64,000 bases of DNA from Eledone cirrhosa (GCA_964016885.1 OZ024742.1:273172001-273236000); one strand, 5' to 3'. Counted from the stretch's first letter, positions 26,336-40,749 are shown. Notes: a model not told the origin generated them from the sequence alone. Numbers and translations are program-made.

Positions 26336-27935
26336 TCATTCAATATTTAAGTTATTGTTTCTTATTATATATCTCTTTCTATGAGGGTTCATTCTACATA
26401 TAACACATTTCTTATTCGTATAGTGGGTTTTCTTAAAAGGGGTTGTCTTGCTGATCAGGGATTTCATGGTACTTCCTGGCTTTTCTACCACTTTAATCTT
26501 TAAGTGGGTCTTTCTTAGGGCCTTTCTACATTGCGTAGCTAATTTCCCTCCAGTGGTAGCATCCACGAACATGACACTCTGGTATCTCTTGTTGTCGTAC
26601 CATGAAGTGGCTTTCCCTATCTTATGTTTAGTCCTATCTAAGCTATTCCATAATTTTCTCATGTAAAATGTGCACATTTCTTACATGCCCATTTCAATGA
26701 GGGTGTTATATTTCTCCGTGGTTCCTTTGTATACTCTGATTCTGTCATTTAGTTGTAGCCAGAGAACTGCATGCGATTGATGAAGTGTTGGATGTGTCTT
26801 TCCATTTAAGTTAGGTGGAACATGCGGGACACATACTTCATAACTATTACAAAGTCTGCGATCAGAATATTAAACAGCACTATTGGACATTGCTGAGATT
26901 TTGAGTATCATGTATTTGGGGGCCATGGATTTAGCATAGTGTGAGTGGAGAATATGGGCCATCTCGTCTATAGTGTTTAATCAGAAATCCGTGTCTAATA
27001 CAGGTAGTCCATTGTTAGGGTGTTTGGAAGGGTTGTCAATAGTTATAGTTATACTCTGGTGTATGGAGTTAGCTATCTGCTGGATGATCTCCATTGTGTT
27101 ATTATCTGAATCATGTTTATTAGTACTCTTTTTTCTGGTTGTTCTTATTGCTATATTAATATCGTTTACATAACGAGATTACATGACAAGGGCTATGGAG
27201 TTCTCTTCTAGGAGTTCTCGGAGTCTCCTCTCCCACTTATAAATAGACTGGCAACATCGTTAGCTATGCTGGCACCAATGGCTGCTCCCTCAATCTGGGT
27301 GTAGATTGTTCCATTAGATTTAAACATATGGCCCTTCAGGGTAGTTTTAATACTATCCCCTATTGCAAGTGCGGCCATTTTTCTCATCTGATCTTTGTAT
27401 TGGGGTGTCCGTATAGCTTTGGTCCATCCATTCCATCTTCCTATGGGAGTCTTTTCAGCCATTGGGGGAATATAAATAAATAAATATATACACAAGTACA
27501 ATAAAACCAGACACATATAAACACACACTTGTGAACATGGAATACAAAAACAACACATTCACTCAAACACTACCACACACACCAAACCTAAAACACACAC
27601 AAAAAAACATGCGCAAATAGAGACAGAGACAAAAAGAAAGAAATAAATGAAATAAAAATGGCATAGGATTTACAATACAACGGGAGGAAACATAGTAGTA
27701 CCACTGATGATGTCACAGATGTGTGACGAAAGAACTTTGATATGCTATATATATATTTATATATGCATTTTTAACCGTTGGCCAATCAATGGTAAATATT
27801 CATTGCCAGAACAATTAACTATGGTTTTATAAAAGATACAAAAGTGAAAACCAACCCGAACCAAGCAGTGAATGTGTTCCGTTATTATTTCTCGCAATAT
27901 TATAACAATGCCCCCCCCCCCAAGTATAACAACAT
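26336..27935 (-). mobile_element. PLE fragment (same family as 2693-4725) with inverted pseudo-LTR 27470-27935
   Basis: YTQIEGAAIG..; SVMFVDATTGGKLA..KVVEKPG; pseudo-LTR on the plus strand. Confidence 0.85.
27699..27742 (+). ncRNA. Minimal type I hammerhead
   Basis: tacca-CTGATGA-t-gtcaca/gatg/tgtgac-GAAA-gaact-T-tgata. Confidence 0.75.
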
Positions 27936-27953
27936 CATATACATATGCAGTTA

Positions 27954-28060
<107 letters not shown>

Positions 28061-28263
28061 GTGTATAAATATATATATGTATATATATATACACATATAT
28101 ATACATATCTAGATTTGTTATAAGGTTGACTATTAAACACAGTACGCATTCTCTCTATCCTTCTCCTATCCAATCTCCTTCATGCTATCCTGTACAGTTT
28201 CTCTACTGTTCTGGTGACTGAGCTTGGAAGAGCTTATCTTCAGCACTATATGTTTGATTAATT

Positions 28264-28325
28264 ACGCTCTGAGGATTCCTGCCGCAATGTATGGATGAAA
28301 CATTGTTATATAACTATGTAGGCGT
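28264..28325 (+). ncRNA. Type I hammerhead, family F
   Basis: acgct-CTGAGGA-tcc/gga-GAA-ACAT..ATGT-A-ggcgt. Confidence 0.75.
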
Positions 28326-28352
28326 TCTTTAATTTATTTTTTCTATACACAC

Positions 28353-28451
<99 letters not shown>

Positions 28452-28669
28452 ATACATATATATATATATATATATATATGAAACATGGAAAAGAATGACT
28501 TCACTTGTAGTTCTAAACAATTTGATTTAATTTCATAATATTGTGATTTGCTAGATCTAATAAGTTCCTTGTTAACTTCGTGGGGAAGCTTCTTAAAGAT
28601 TCACGGTTAAATTTCGTGGAGAACTATCTCGCTTTCGTCGGTGGCGATTGTCAAACTGAGATCTCAGAG

Positions 28670-29376
28670 GGTATGCTGGCCTAACAACAATTAGAGATTT
28701 GTTTTGGACCTCTGAAATAGCGATGTATATATGAACATACGTATTGTATATTTAATAATAGAGTGTATGTTATTGAATTTAAACATTTCATAAACATAAT
28801 TGGTATTCTATAATTATCCATCTGCTACAGCTCACAACGAAATGACAGGCGATATATAACCTTGATAATCGCTAAACAACAAGCAATGATCGTCGGTTAT
28901 TTACATTTTCTTTTGGTGAAATAGGTATGTGACTACAGTCAAACATTAAATTCATAGCAAAAGGCCTACAGAATATTTTAAAAATAAACATACAGTATAT
29001 CATTAGATATACTATGCGTACATTCATATATACTTCGCTATTTCAGAGCTCCAAAACAAATTTCTAACTGTTGCTAGTCCAGCAACAGCTCAATATGTTA
29101 ATGAGTTGACACAACTCATGACCATAATTGGTATTCTATAAGAATCCAGCTGCTACAGCTCACAGCAAAAACAGAGGCGATATATAACCTTGATAACCGC
29201 TAAACAGCGCGAAACGCTCGTCGGTTATTTCCCTTTGATTTTGCTGAAGATAGGTATGTGACTATAGTCGCTTCCTTGAATTAATAACAAAATGCCTCCA
29301 ATTGTGTTGATATAAACTTACAGTACATTATTAAATATACAATACATTTATTCATATATATACATCATTATTTCAG
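28670..29376. repeat. Family G ~328-bp tandem unit with an inverted flank; HHRs at 28856-28900 (degenerate) and 29184-29228
   Basis: ataacc-TTGATAA-cgct/aaac/agcg-GAAA-cgctcg-TC-ggttat. Confidence 0.75.
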
Positions 29377-29399
29377 ACCACGTAGATCTATTCTTACTA

Positions 29400-30565
29400 T
29401 TTTCAATCGAGGAGGGACCCCCTCATGTAGGTGGAGGCCTGTACCATGGTGATGGTCTTTTGACCATGATCAAGTGCGGAACCTTAGGAAAGATCTTATC
29501 GGTTTCTTTAAAACCTTCAACCTGTCCATTCAAGTTGCGGCCAACCTTTCAATTTTGAACTTCCTGATGTAACACTTAACTAGTCGAATGGCTTGCACTA
29601 CCCGTATAGAAAGCGTAAGGAAACGCTAAATTACATTAGTAAGCATTCTAACCATCCAGAACCATCTAAAACACGTTTCATTGAGGCTTTCTCATCCATC
29701 AGCAAAAATGCATATCTTCACCAATCATTCCACATATTACAATTATGCTTTAGCTCGGAGAATATTTGTCGATAAGGTAGAATATACTAATTGCGAGCCT
29801 AAACCTTGGAAAATATATCCCGAAGTATTATATGGTAAATATATAAAAATGGTCTGGCCACATCAAATGCAAACAATCTTTCTCCCTTTAATTATGAAGC
29901 ATTTCCACTTCGCACACAAATATATTAATATATTTAATAGAAACATTGTTAAAATAAATCACACAACAAATATAACCTTCATACACAACATCAATGCATC
30001 TAATTTACCAATTTTACCTAGACATAGTAATACAAGCAATCCAGTAGATAGTCCTAGCTATAATTGTAGTAATAGGGAAGACCACCCTCTATCCAGGAAA
30101 TGCCTATCCAGTAATATAGTCTAAAATGTAAGGTCTACATAGGGTTAACTGCCAATAGATTCCAGCAGCGTCTATACATGCACGCCCATTCTTTTTATGA
30201 CGCATTAAGAAGAAACATGACGTCACTTTCGGCCTGCATCAAATGTCCCTAAGATAACCAGATCCGATATAGTTTCCACTGGGAGATTCTAGCAATGCTA
30301 GATCGTATAATGGAAACATGCGATCTTTGCGCCGCCTAAACACTGGAAATACTCTGGAAATATCCCTGGAAATATCCCTGGAAATACTTCTTGTCAACGA
30401 TTTAATTTCAAACAAAATATCCAAGACAATTTCAGCTTGTAAACACGAATTGCATAAGGAAGTATTATAGCCCTACATTATATCCTCACAGATAGTACGG
30501 ACAATACGCTGCTAATACAAGTCATGATATGGGCACAACTTCACGAACCAACGTATGGTCGTCCT
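29400..30565 (+). pseudogene. Decayed PLE RT + GIY-YIG
   Basis: GLYHGDGL, PYRK..LNYISKHSNHP, PLSRKCLSSNIV, YIGLTANRFQQR; degenerate HHR-like tail at ~30521-30563. Confidence 0.75.
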
Positions 30566-30930
30566 GTTTTTCTTCGCTTGTAATGTTTTCTGAAAGTTTA
30601 CTTCTGCGTCCACAGATTTATTTTTTCAGTTTAAGAAGATCATGTTGAGGGCAAAAGCAGCGATTATTTGCATAAACATTACCTATTCTTATAATAAATA
30701 TATATGTGTATATTTATATTTGTGAATTTCATATATTAAACGATATACAGTATGTTTTATAAATAAATAATTTGAATGCCCAGGTATGAATTGAAGTCTG
30801 ACGGCCAGCGCCGTCTAGTGGAATCATAGCTGGGATTTGAAAGTGTTTATTTATTAAATCACTGTATATCTTTTGACATACGGCATTCACACACAATGTA
30901 TGTATATAGGCATCTCGAAGCTGAATCTTA

Positions 30931-30980
<50 letters not shown>

Positions 30981-30984
30981 ACAA

Positions 30985-31059
<75 letters not shown>

Positions 31060-31250
31060 AACGTTTTTTTTTCCATTTCAGGTAGACGTGCTCCATCATC
31101 CACTTTTCTAAAAAAAAATCATGTACAAAACGCTAGCACCAACAGTTTTACAAGAAATGTCAACATGAATGGACCTGTTATTTTTATCTAAAGACATGTT
31201 TTCCAATTCCATCCCACCCGTCTCCTCAATCTATTTTATTTCTTATTCTT

Positions 31251-31286
31251 TCTTCTGATGAAGGAGTAGCATCCGAAACGTTAAGA
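31251..31286 (+). ncRNA. Minimal type I hammerhead
   Basis: tctt-CTGATGA-a-gga/gtagca/tcc-GAAACGT-T-aaga. Confidence 0.8.
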
Positions 31287-31392
31287 CACTCTTCGTGCTA
31301 TATCAAGCGTTAACCTAATGTATACCTTCCATATACTGTACCGATTGTGTAGTTATTTCTGTTTACATTTTACATACATTTATATATATATA

Positions 31393-31965
31393 GAGAAAAG
31401 AATGAAACGAAATTTCATTTCTCACTCTTAATACGGCTGATACTTAAATTTAAGTATGTATGTACACGTACATGCATATATGTATACAGACGTACAGTAG
31501 TATGTATATAAATATACATACATGCAAACATATATATATATATATCTGTACGTATGGATTTACCGAACATTTATTATAATGTTCGGTTTGTTTGTTTGTA
31601 AACAAACAAACAGCCCGAATTACGCCGTACAGCGTTCAGGCAACCATCGTCGCCTTTTTATTCAACACTGACACAGGAACGATGTACTAGTTTCAAGCTT
31701 ATTAGCTATCGTCAGCATCGTATACTTTCCTGCCAGATGATTGAACGTCTGAAAGTATATACTTTCCTTATGTATATTAACGGATGAGCAGCCTAATTTG
31801 CATATCGAGGGAGTTAGTCTGCCGGGCGCACCGAAAACTATAAATGGAAAAGAATGAAACGAAATTTCATTTCTCACTCTTAGTACGGTTGATGCTTATA
31901 TATAAGTATGTATGTACACGTACATACATATATGTATACAGACGTACAGTAATATGTATATATAT
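31393..31965 (-). repeat. Family E retrozyme-like unit (~1.3 copies), HHR at 31680-31720
   Basis: Same sequence as 10720-11530. Confidence 0.85.
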
Positions 31966-31999
31966 ATATCTTCAATTTCTTCACGCTATCTTTGATTTT

Positions 32000-32870
32000 C
32001 TTTGTGAGGTTCATCATCCACATCGCTGACGAAGCTCTAGTGTTACTTGCTGATATTGTAGTTGAGATGCACATAGGCATTTATATAATATTTGAGGTAA
32101 GTTTTTAGGTTGTCAATTGGTTAAATAATGTATATACGAGCAGAGGTACCCGGCAGGGAATCCTCGTTGGAATGGTGTATCCCAATATTGGAGAAGATTG
32201 CCACAACAATAGTAATGGAATAATCATAATATTCTTCAGTTGCAAGGGATATTTTTCTAACAGCTGTCCCAGAAGTTTTCGAGCAATCTCTGTAAAAACG
32301 CGGTCACAGAGAAAGATGTGCCAGTTGTTGGTTTTGTAATTGAGTTTGGTAATACATGGCAACAACATTGACGATTAACATTGATCGGCGCGCGTCCCCT
32401 TTATCACAAATAAAGATTGTCGGATGTCCCTTGACAAAAGGACGGCAATTCCTCCCATGATTGCGGTGTTGTTCCGTATATCTTTCAGTGTTCTCTTGAA
32501 TGACTCCAACGCGTGTGTAATACTTTGTGTATGTGCCATTTTCAATTGCTCCTAACTATTATCACACAACTTTACAATAATTAGGCAGCTCCTGAATTCT
32601 TCTTTATATAACACATGGGCATTTCATTCGAACTGAAGCCAAAGACCAAGTTCAAAGCAGAATAAACCTCTCCGACCACTATCAAAAGTATAGCGGAAAT
32701 TCCAGATGAAGCAACCGCTAAAGCTATTTTTGGGTCTTGTATTTTAGACAACATTAGGTTTATGAAAAAGGTTTTACAAATTCTAGTCGGAACATCGATT
32801 AGAAAAGGAGACCATTCTGTTGTTTGTTTGACTCAAATATTATATAATGTTTTATACTGATATTTTATCA
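32000..32870 (-). pseudogene. Helitron PIF1-helicase remnant
   Basis: FLIDVPTRICKTF (Walker A remnant), KIALAVASSG, RTLKDIRNN..GG..LLSRDIRQ. Confidence 0.8.
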
Positions 32871-32887
32871 ACAAATAGTTTTGATAG

Positions 32888-33560
32888 TTAACATGGGATA
32901 TGATCCCTGCTTAGTTGTATGAAGTGTCTCCCAGAATCGAGGTTGCTGATCTGGCCAAAGTTCGGCGTCAAGTGTGATTGCCGTAGACTGAGATTTGTGA
33001 CGTTGACCATCTGGGTCGATGAAGGGGTATCGTGGATAAAGTTTTTGAGCTTTAGTCGTTGGAAGAAATCGTCAAACTCGGTTCGTGTGTGGTACTCTTC
33101 GCAGGTGGATGTGGTAAGTATGAAACGGAAACCCCTGGTGAAGAGGGAGCACTCAGAATCGGAGAGTGGCAGGTCCTGGGGTACGGTGACAATAGTGGAG
33201 GTACGTGAGGGAGTAGGTGTGGCAGAGGCGGAGGGGCTCTGGTGATTATGCAAGGCATGTTCAAAGTCAGTGGTAGGGAGATAAGAGGGGTGGGGCAAAG
33301 AGATAAGGGGTCGTAGGTGACGTGATAGTAGGATTAGGGCTGAAGGTGAAATGACCCTGTGTGGTGACGGCAGTTTGTGATTTTTGCTAGATGGGAGGAA
33401 ATTGAAGAGTAGGCGATTGAGGTGAATGACGAATTATATTAGAAATTGTGCGAGGAGGAGGTGGCAATTGGAGGAGAGATGGAGGTAGGCCTTGGGGAGA
33501 TATCTGTCGAGAGAACGGATTTAAGAGAGAGTGGAATAGATGTTTCTCCGCAGAAGATGG
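32888..33560 (-). pseudogene. PLE N-terminal fragment
   Basis: VTVPQDLPLSDSECSLFTRGFRF..DDFFQRLKLK resembles the PLE LSKGLxF..FxRxLRL motif. Confidence 0.65.
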
Positions 33561-33697
33561 CGAGTCTTTGCTTAAACTTTAATCAGTTATTTTAATAAAT
33601 ATTTGCTCTAGGGTTCTTATATATTTGATATATATTTATCCTATTGAGCTCTCTTTGGATTTTAATCTTCAAATTTAGTATTATTAATATACATATA

Positions 33698-33815
33698 TCC
33701 CGGTCCGGGAATCGAAATCACAACCTCACGATTGCGAATCCAATTTTCTAACCAGTCACCCACGGGCGATGCGTTATGTCTTTTGAGCAAGATACTTTAT
33801 ATGACGTTGCTCCTT
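33698..33815. mobile_element. Rearranged tRNA-SINE fragments
   Basis: Minus-strand head with B-box-like ttcgattccc, abutting a plus-strand body segment. Confidence 0.5.
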
Positions 33816-34163
33816 CTACTTTGAGTTGTGACCGATAGATAGTATTAGCAATTGGAAAGACCAATGGAAACATTGTTTTCTAGATCCGACTTGACGGGAG
33901 TCGATTGACTGACGATTTATATATATATATATATATATATTTCGTTTCTGAATTTGTTTAGCAAGATTCTTTATCTGAAATCGTGTGTTGAAACCGATAT
34001 TGTTATAGTTTGGGAGGGTCATGTTGCCAATAAGAAACACACGCACCAGTTGCTTTCACTTCAATTTATTATTATAAATTTATTATAAATATATTATAAT
34101 AAATTGAAGTGAAAGCAACTGGTGCGTGTGTTTCTTATTGGCAACATGACCCTCCAAAAGTAT

Positions 34164-34233
<70 letters not shown>

Positions 34234-34266
34234 TGTGGAGAGGAAGCACGCGAGTTAGGATATATA

Positions 34267-36546
34267 TGTATGAAAACAGGGAGAAAGAGACGGTTATTAG
34301 GAAGAAAAATATATTTTCTTCCTTTTTTTATTTATTTCTCTCTTTTTTCTGGGTTAGAAAATGATTAAAACGAAATGTTTTACTTTGTGTGAAGTGTTAA
34401 GGTATTAGTTGATTTATTTATTAATTAACAATGGCATTTATTTATCTATTTATATATTTAATAATTGTCTATTACCGGTTTCACCATTTTTATGCATTAT
34501 CAAATGATAGTGATATGTATTAGTGTAGAATGGTGGTCTCGCACATGTTAAAGAAATGGTGCAGAAAGAATAATGTTATTTACAAACAAGGTTTATGAAG
34601 TGAAAAGAAACAAACAAAAAGAAAAAAAACGGCGGTAATGTAGAGCATAAACAGTCAATGTGAAAGGAAAAATAATGGTATTTACAGGCATAGTTCTTGA
34701 AGTTAAGCAGATCAAAATGTGTTAATGTAGCAAGGGTACTTAGTTGATCCATGACTCCATGATGCAGGCAAATGGTAGACTGATGTTTGATATGATTTCC
34801 CTTTGTAGAGAGTTAATATGCAGAGGGAGGAAATTCATGCTGGATGATATTTAATTTATTTAAGAAAAAGGATTAGGTAGGGTGTGAGGGAGGTAACTCT
34901 TGTAAATGTTTGATTGTTGCAGTTTTAGTTTGGTCCGAAGTTTAGTGCAATAAATAGAGGTTGGAATTTGTTAATGAAAGATGTTTCCTTATTGGTACGA
35001 TGGATGAACGTAGCGTTATCTATGAATTTGTAAATGGGGAAATTTTTAATGTTTGGATGTTGGTTGTGTGCACAATTGGCGATATGTTCACTAAATGTAT
35101 TCCTGTATTTTAATTTGTGATTTATAGACGGTCATACGTTGACGGTGGCTGTTTTTGTCTTTTCTACGTAGTGCTCTAGACAACCTGAGCAGATGAACAC
35201 ATAGATTAGGTTTTCAGATGCACATATAAAGTTGTGTTTAAGTGTGAAATGTTGAACCTTCTATTAGATGTATGCATATGCCACAATTGGGCCTTCCGCA
35301 TTTTGTTACTGTAGGGTTCAATGTAAGGGTTTGTTGGATTTTGACTTGTGTGAGGATGTTTTTTATGGATTTAGGTTGTTATTTTCTCTTTATGATGTTG
35401 TGGGTTTGGAGGATTTTGTTCATTCTTGGGTCTCTTTTTAGTAAATGAATGTTCTGGAGGATGGTGTCCAATGCCTCATTGTTGAGGAGGTTGTGTGTGG
35501 AGATGTATGGTAGAGTTTTTTGTTGCGGTTCTTTCATGGGTTTGGGTGTCTGAGTTCCTGGATATCGAGTTTTAGGCCACGTTGGAATCCATTGTTTATT
35601 AGGGATGGTGGGTAGTTTCTGCTGATAAGTGTTTTTTTTTATTCTTCTAGTCGTTTGTAGCATGTGTATGACCGTCCAAAAGTCACAAATTAAAATACAG
35701 GAATACAGAAAGATTGCATTTAGTGAATATATCGCCAATTGTGCACACAACCAACATCCAAACTTTAAAATTGTCCCCATTTACAAATTTATAGACAACG
35801 CTACTTTCATCCATCGTTCCAATAAGGAAACATATTTCACTAACAAATTCCAGCTTCTGCTTAATGCACTAAACTTCGGACCAAACTAAAACTGCAACAA
35901 ACAATCAAACATTTACAAGTGTTACCTCCCTCACACCCTACCTAATCCTTTTTCTTAAATAAATTAAATATCATCCAGAATGAATTTCCTCCACCTGCAT
36001 ATTAACTCTCTAAAAAGGGAAATCATTTCAAACCTCAGTCCACCATTTGCCTCCATAATGGAATCATGGATCAACTAAGCACCCTTGCTACATTAACACA
36101 TTTTGATCTGCTTAACTTCAAGAACTATGCCTGTAAATAACATTATTTTTCCTTTCACATTGACTTTTTATGCTCTACATTACCGCCGTTTTTTTCTTGT
36201 TGTTTTTTTCTTTTCACTTCATAAACCTTGTTTGTAAATAACATTATTCTTTCTGCACCATTTCTTTAACATGTACGACACCACGATTCTACACTAATAC
36301 ATATCACTATCATTTGATAATGCATGAACATGGTGAAACCGGTAATAGACAATTATTAAATATATAAATAGATAAATAAATGCCATTGTTAATTAATAAA
36401 TAAATCAACTAATACCTTAACACTTCACACAAAGTAAAATATTTCGTTTTAATCATTTTCTAACCCAGAAAAAAGAGAGAAATAAATAAAAAAGGAAAAA
36501 AATATGTTTCTTCCTAATAACCGTCTCTTTCTCCCTGTTTTCATAT
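34267..36546. mobile_element. Neptune-like PLE 3' end (minus) with ~870-bp inverted arms (34267-35137 / 35666-36546)
   Basis: LPYISTHN..; NLIYVFICSGCLEHYV; RMTV; homologous to 47350-47960; TTGATAA..GAAACCGGTA motif in both arms. Confidence 0.85.
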
Positions 36547-36664
36547 AAATGTATATATATATATATAGAGAGAGAGAGAGGTAGAGAGAGGTGGAGTGAG
36601 GGGGAGAGAAAGAGAGAATAATAACATGCGAAGGAGTTTCAGATGTTACAACACTTTATTGATA

Positions 36665-36743
36665 ATGCCGTGATACATATTTCAATGACGACCGCGGCCA
36701 CGCGATTCCACGTACCCACTGTTATGATCTCATCAGACAGCAT
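36665..36743 (-). ncRNA. Type I hammerhead, family J
   Basis: Reverse complement: atgctgt-CTGATGA-..-GAAA-tatgtat-C-acggcat, 7-bp stem I. Confidence 0.8.
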
Positions 36744-37798
36744 CTTACATAAAAAGATTACGTTCACGAGGCAATCCTGATTGAAGCGACAAGTGAACAC
36801 ACAAAGGTGATATTCTAGACGCCATCACCTGTTCTCTTGTGAAACCCAATTCACTTCCACATACGTGCGCAACCGCAAATGTGAAGGAAGTTGACCAGCC
36901 AACACACTATCTTAAGCAGGTCAACGCCCCCAAAAGAAACTAATCAATCTGTCCATCCAGGCTGGTAAGGTGACATGGTCACAGGGTTCGTGGCAGCCAC
37001 TAAGTTGTTGTTTACTGCTAGTCGCTCTTCTAGTGGTAGCCGACTAAAACTCTATGGTAATGGAAGAATATAATTTTCAATAGGTTTCAATACTACCATT
37101 ACATTTTTTGCTTGGCCAATAGAATTGACCATCGACCGTAAATATATTATAAACTTATTCTTGGATCTAAGTATTATGGTTTCACAATGGGGATTAAAAT
37201 TGATAATAAGAATGAAAATTAAAAATTAAGAGTTAAAATCTTAATTGAAGTAAATAAAAAAAAAATATAATAATAGGAAGATGTGTAAATTATAGTTAGA
37301 AATTATGAAAGGGGATCAATATTGGATATTACAGATATATTATCCATATATTGAACGATAATATCACAGAGAAGAACGGAAGATACAATTATAAAACTTA
37401 ATAATTAGGCAAACAATCAGTTAATGTCTTCTTCTATCACATGAATAACAAAAAGCCTAGATGCAAATGGGAGAGGATGGAGGGAGGGGGTGCTTCGGTT
37501 CTAGTCCTATGGGCGAAATGCAGGCTGCTGCAGGAAAATAAGGAGTCTTACGTTTCTTATTGGTCCGTTTATTGCGCGCACATATAATTAAATTAATTAA
37601 TGCTGCCTTATACCATCTGGGTTATCTGTCTTTCTTTTCACCTCTATGAATAACCACTATCCGGCTCATTCTCATTGGCATAGGATGAACATGATGGCGA
37701 AGATGTAATATCTTAGCTGAATAACTATAATCAAAATCCCCCTAGGGACCCGGGTTGCTCAGTACCTTGGATTTTTATTTACGCAATATTTATATTAT

Positions 37799-37870
<72 letters not shown>

Positions 37871-37871
37871 G

Positions 37872-37919
<48 letters not shown>

Positions 37920-37925
<6 letters not shown>

Positions 37926-38280
37926 GATATTAAATAAACGGAAACCATATTTATAAAATCATATTTATTCTATTATTTATATTTCAAGGGTACCAAAACT
38001 TTGGTACGGGCTCCTCAGATAAAATACAAACTTTGTTTTATAAATATTGACATATCCAGGAAGAAGATCTTAGCGGTTCAAGTTTTTCCTGAGAGCGTAC
38101 CAAAGTTTTAGTACCCTTGAAATATATATAATAGAATAAATATGGTTTTATAAATATAATTTCCATTTATTTAATATCATTGAATATTATACTCCAGAAA
38201 AACTGTCAGGTGCTATGAATCAGTTATAAACATTTATATTTGTTGAATTACCAACAAATTAAATATCCCTTTTGCTTATA
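37920..38280. repeat. Family B inverted pair, HHR at 37968-38024 (-)
   Basis: Reverse complement: ttttat-CTGAGGA..gtacc/ggtac..GAAA-tataaat-A-atagaa. Confidence 0.7.
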
Positions 38281-38292
38281 TATATATATATG

Positions 38293-38384
<92 letters not shown>

Positions 38385-38619
38385 CAAGTATTCTTTAAAA
38401 ATATATTCTTTCAAGCTATAATTTATATTTAGTGAATAATTTGAACATGTTTATAGAATTATTTATGCCTTTGTCACTCTAAATATATATTATAGCTTTG
38501 AAGATTTAACTTTTAAAGAATTTCATTTTCTTTCAACCAATGACCTCCACCCATCCCACTCCCCACCCACTCCTAACACATGAAAAGATATAAATACCAC
38601 AAAATTTACTTGGACGTTC

Positions 38620-38670
38620 AGCTTCCTGATGACTTCTCACGAATGAAACAGTTCTATTCCCGTAGAAGCT
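38620..38670 (+). ncRNA. Type I hammerhead, family D
   Basis: agcttc-CTGATGA-ttc/tcac/gaa-GAAA-cag..ccg-TA-gaagct. Confidence 0.75.
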
Positions 38671-38747
38671 TTTCTATATTAAAATTGTTATACTCTGCTA
38701 TGTATTGAGTACCTTACTTACTGTGGTTACCTCCGATTCAACCTGGA

Positions 38748-38821
<74 letters not shown>

Positions 38822-39406
38822 AGAAGCAAAACATTGCTTATTGTGATCCAGTTTTTGGTTAAGAAAGCCAGTTTCATGGATGGTTTCAACGTACGGTTAG
38901 GGGTAACTCCACAAGTTTATAAGAATTCCGTTCAATATTTGAGTATAAAGTATAAAAGAGAAAACACAGGTAAGCATTAAGAGAAGGATTTAATCCAGGT
39001 ATTTACGACCGTTTCATTGGTAAGTGCAACCTTATATTGCTATACTGCAAATAGCAGCCACTCAATTATAATTGTTGTTCACAGTCCAAATTTTCAAAAT
39101 AGTGAGTTACTCTTGAAATAATTCTTAATATATAGAGAAAAACATTTATTTGGAATTGTATTTACTAGAGAGGAATCAGGAGGTGAGGGGACAGACGGCA
39201 TAGTATAGAGAGAGAGGAAGGGGGAAGAGGTAGGAGGTAGAATGACAAACTGAGGTGGAGGTACGGGTAGAGGTGGAAGGATTCTTTGGTCAGTTTTGAT
39301 AGCAGACATCATGTCGTAGAGTACAGTGAGTTAAAGAGAATTAAATAGATAATAGTGGGAGGGATGGATAGAGAGGGAGAGAGAGAGACGGGGGAGATAT
39401 AAAGAG

Positions 39407-39454
<48 letters not shown>

Positions 39455-39538
39455 ATACACATACATATATATACAAACACATACACACATACATATATAC
39501 ACACACACATACACACATACATATATATACACACACAT

Positions 39539-39581
<43 letters not shown>

Positions 39582-39585
<4 letters not shown>

Positions 39586-40450
39586 AATAATGATGGCTGC
39601 GCGTTGCAAATGGTGGGGCATATGAAAAAGTAAGTCCTTCATCAGTGACCCTCCAACCGTCCTAGGCATTTCATCGCTTTAAGGGCCATATGCCTCAGGT
39701 TGGTGCGAACAACGGCTAAAAAAAGTCGTTGGGACACGTAAACAAAGGGGACGCCAGGGTAACAAACAAAAAGGTTTAAGCAACGGAAAGTGAGAAGAAA
39801 TAGACAAGTCCCAGATCTCTATGAATATAAACTCGGTGAAATCGTGAACAAGAGACAAAAGACCATCAAACCTGGTTGAAATGTGAGCAAGGAAAGAATT
39901 TCGCACAAGTCTAACGGGGGGGGGGAGAGAAGAAGAAGAAGAAGAAGAAGAAGAAGAAGAAGAAGAAGAAGAAGAAGAAGAAGAAGAAGAAGATAAAGGG
40001 GTCTGGTCTACGAATTCGGTAAACATAAGTTTTGTGAAGTCGCAGACGAAAGAGAGAGAGAGAGAAAAACATTTCCATACCAGCTTGGTCAAGACCGCGC
40101 GAGAAAAGAATTACACACAGGTCAAACTTGAAGGACGAGGAGGAAAGAGGAGGAGGAGAGGTAGTGACAGAGAATGAGTGAGTGAAAGTTGAGGAGGAGG
40201 CTAACAGAGAGGGAGACTGCTAGAAAGGGTAAAAGGTAACAAACAGACGAGTGGCAGCAGAAGAAAAATTATGTGTAAATATGATGATAATGATGGCTGC
40301 GCGTTGCAAATGGTGGGGCATATGAAAAAGTAAGTCCTTCATCAGTGACCCTCCAACCGTCCCAGGCATTTCGTCGCTTTAAGGGCCATATGCCTCAGGT
40401 TGGTGCGAACAACGGCTAAAAAAATCGTTGGGACACGTAAACAAAGGGGA
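39582..40450 (-). repeat. Family A tandem, period 700 bp
   Basis: gatggctgcgcgttgcaaatgg at ~39592 and ~40292; HHR-like motifs at 39634-39703 and 40334-40403. Confidence 0.85.
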
Positions 40451-40504
40451 TATATATATATATACATACATACACACACACACACACATATACACATATA
40501 TATA

Positions 40505-40690
40505 TATCCTTTGGGAGCCCCTACATGGACACACTAGAAGAGGAAGACCAAGGTTAACATATGTTGATGCCCTAAGGACAGACACTGGTCTGTTGGAGAT
40601 GCAGGATATGGCAGCGATAATGAGGGACAGAGACCGCTGGAGAGAACTCGTCCATGGATCTCAGGAATTTTACCCGCCTTAGATAGATAT
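40505..40690 (+). mobile_element. 3' tip of an RTE LINE
   Basis: LWEPLHGHTRRGRPRLTYVD..DRDRWR; matches 53965-54085. Confidence 0.85.
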
Positions 40691-40749
40691 ATATATATGT
40701 ATATACAATATTAAATAAATGGAAAACTATATTTATAAAACCATATTTA

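Noticed and set aside
37640-37715. ATGAATA..GAACAT..ATGTA as an A3-U8 hammerhead
   Set aside because: No stem I pairing and GAAA is incomplete.
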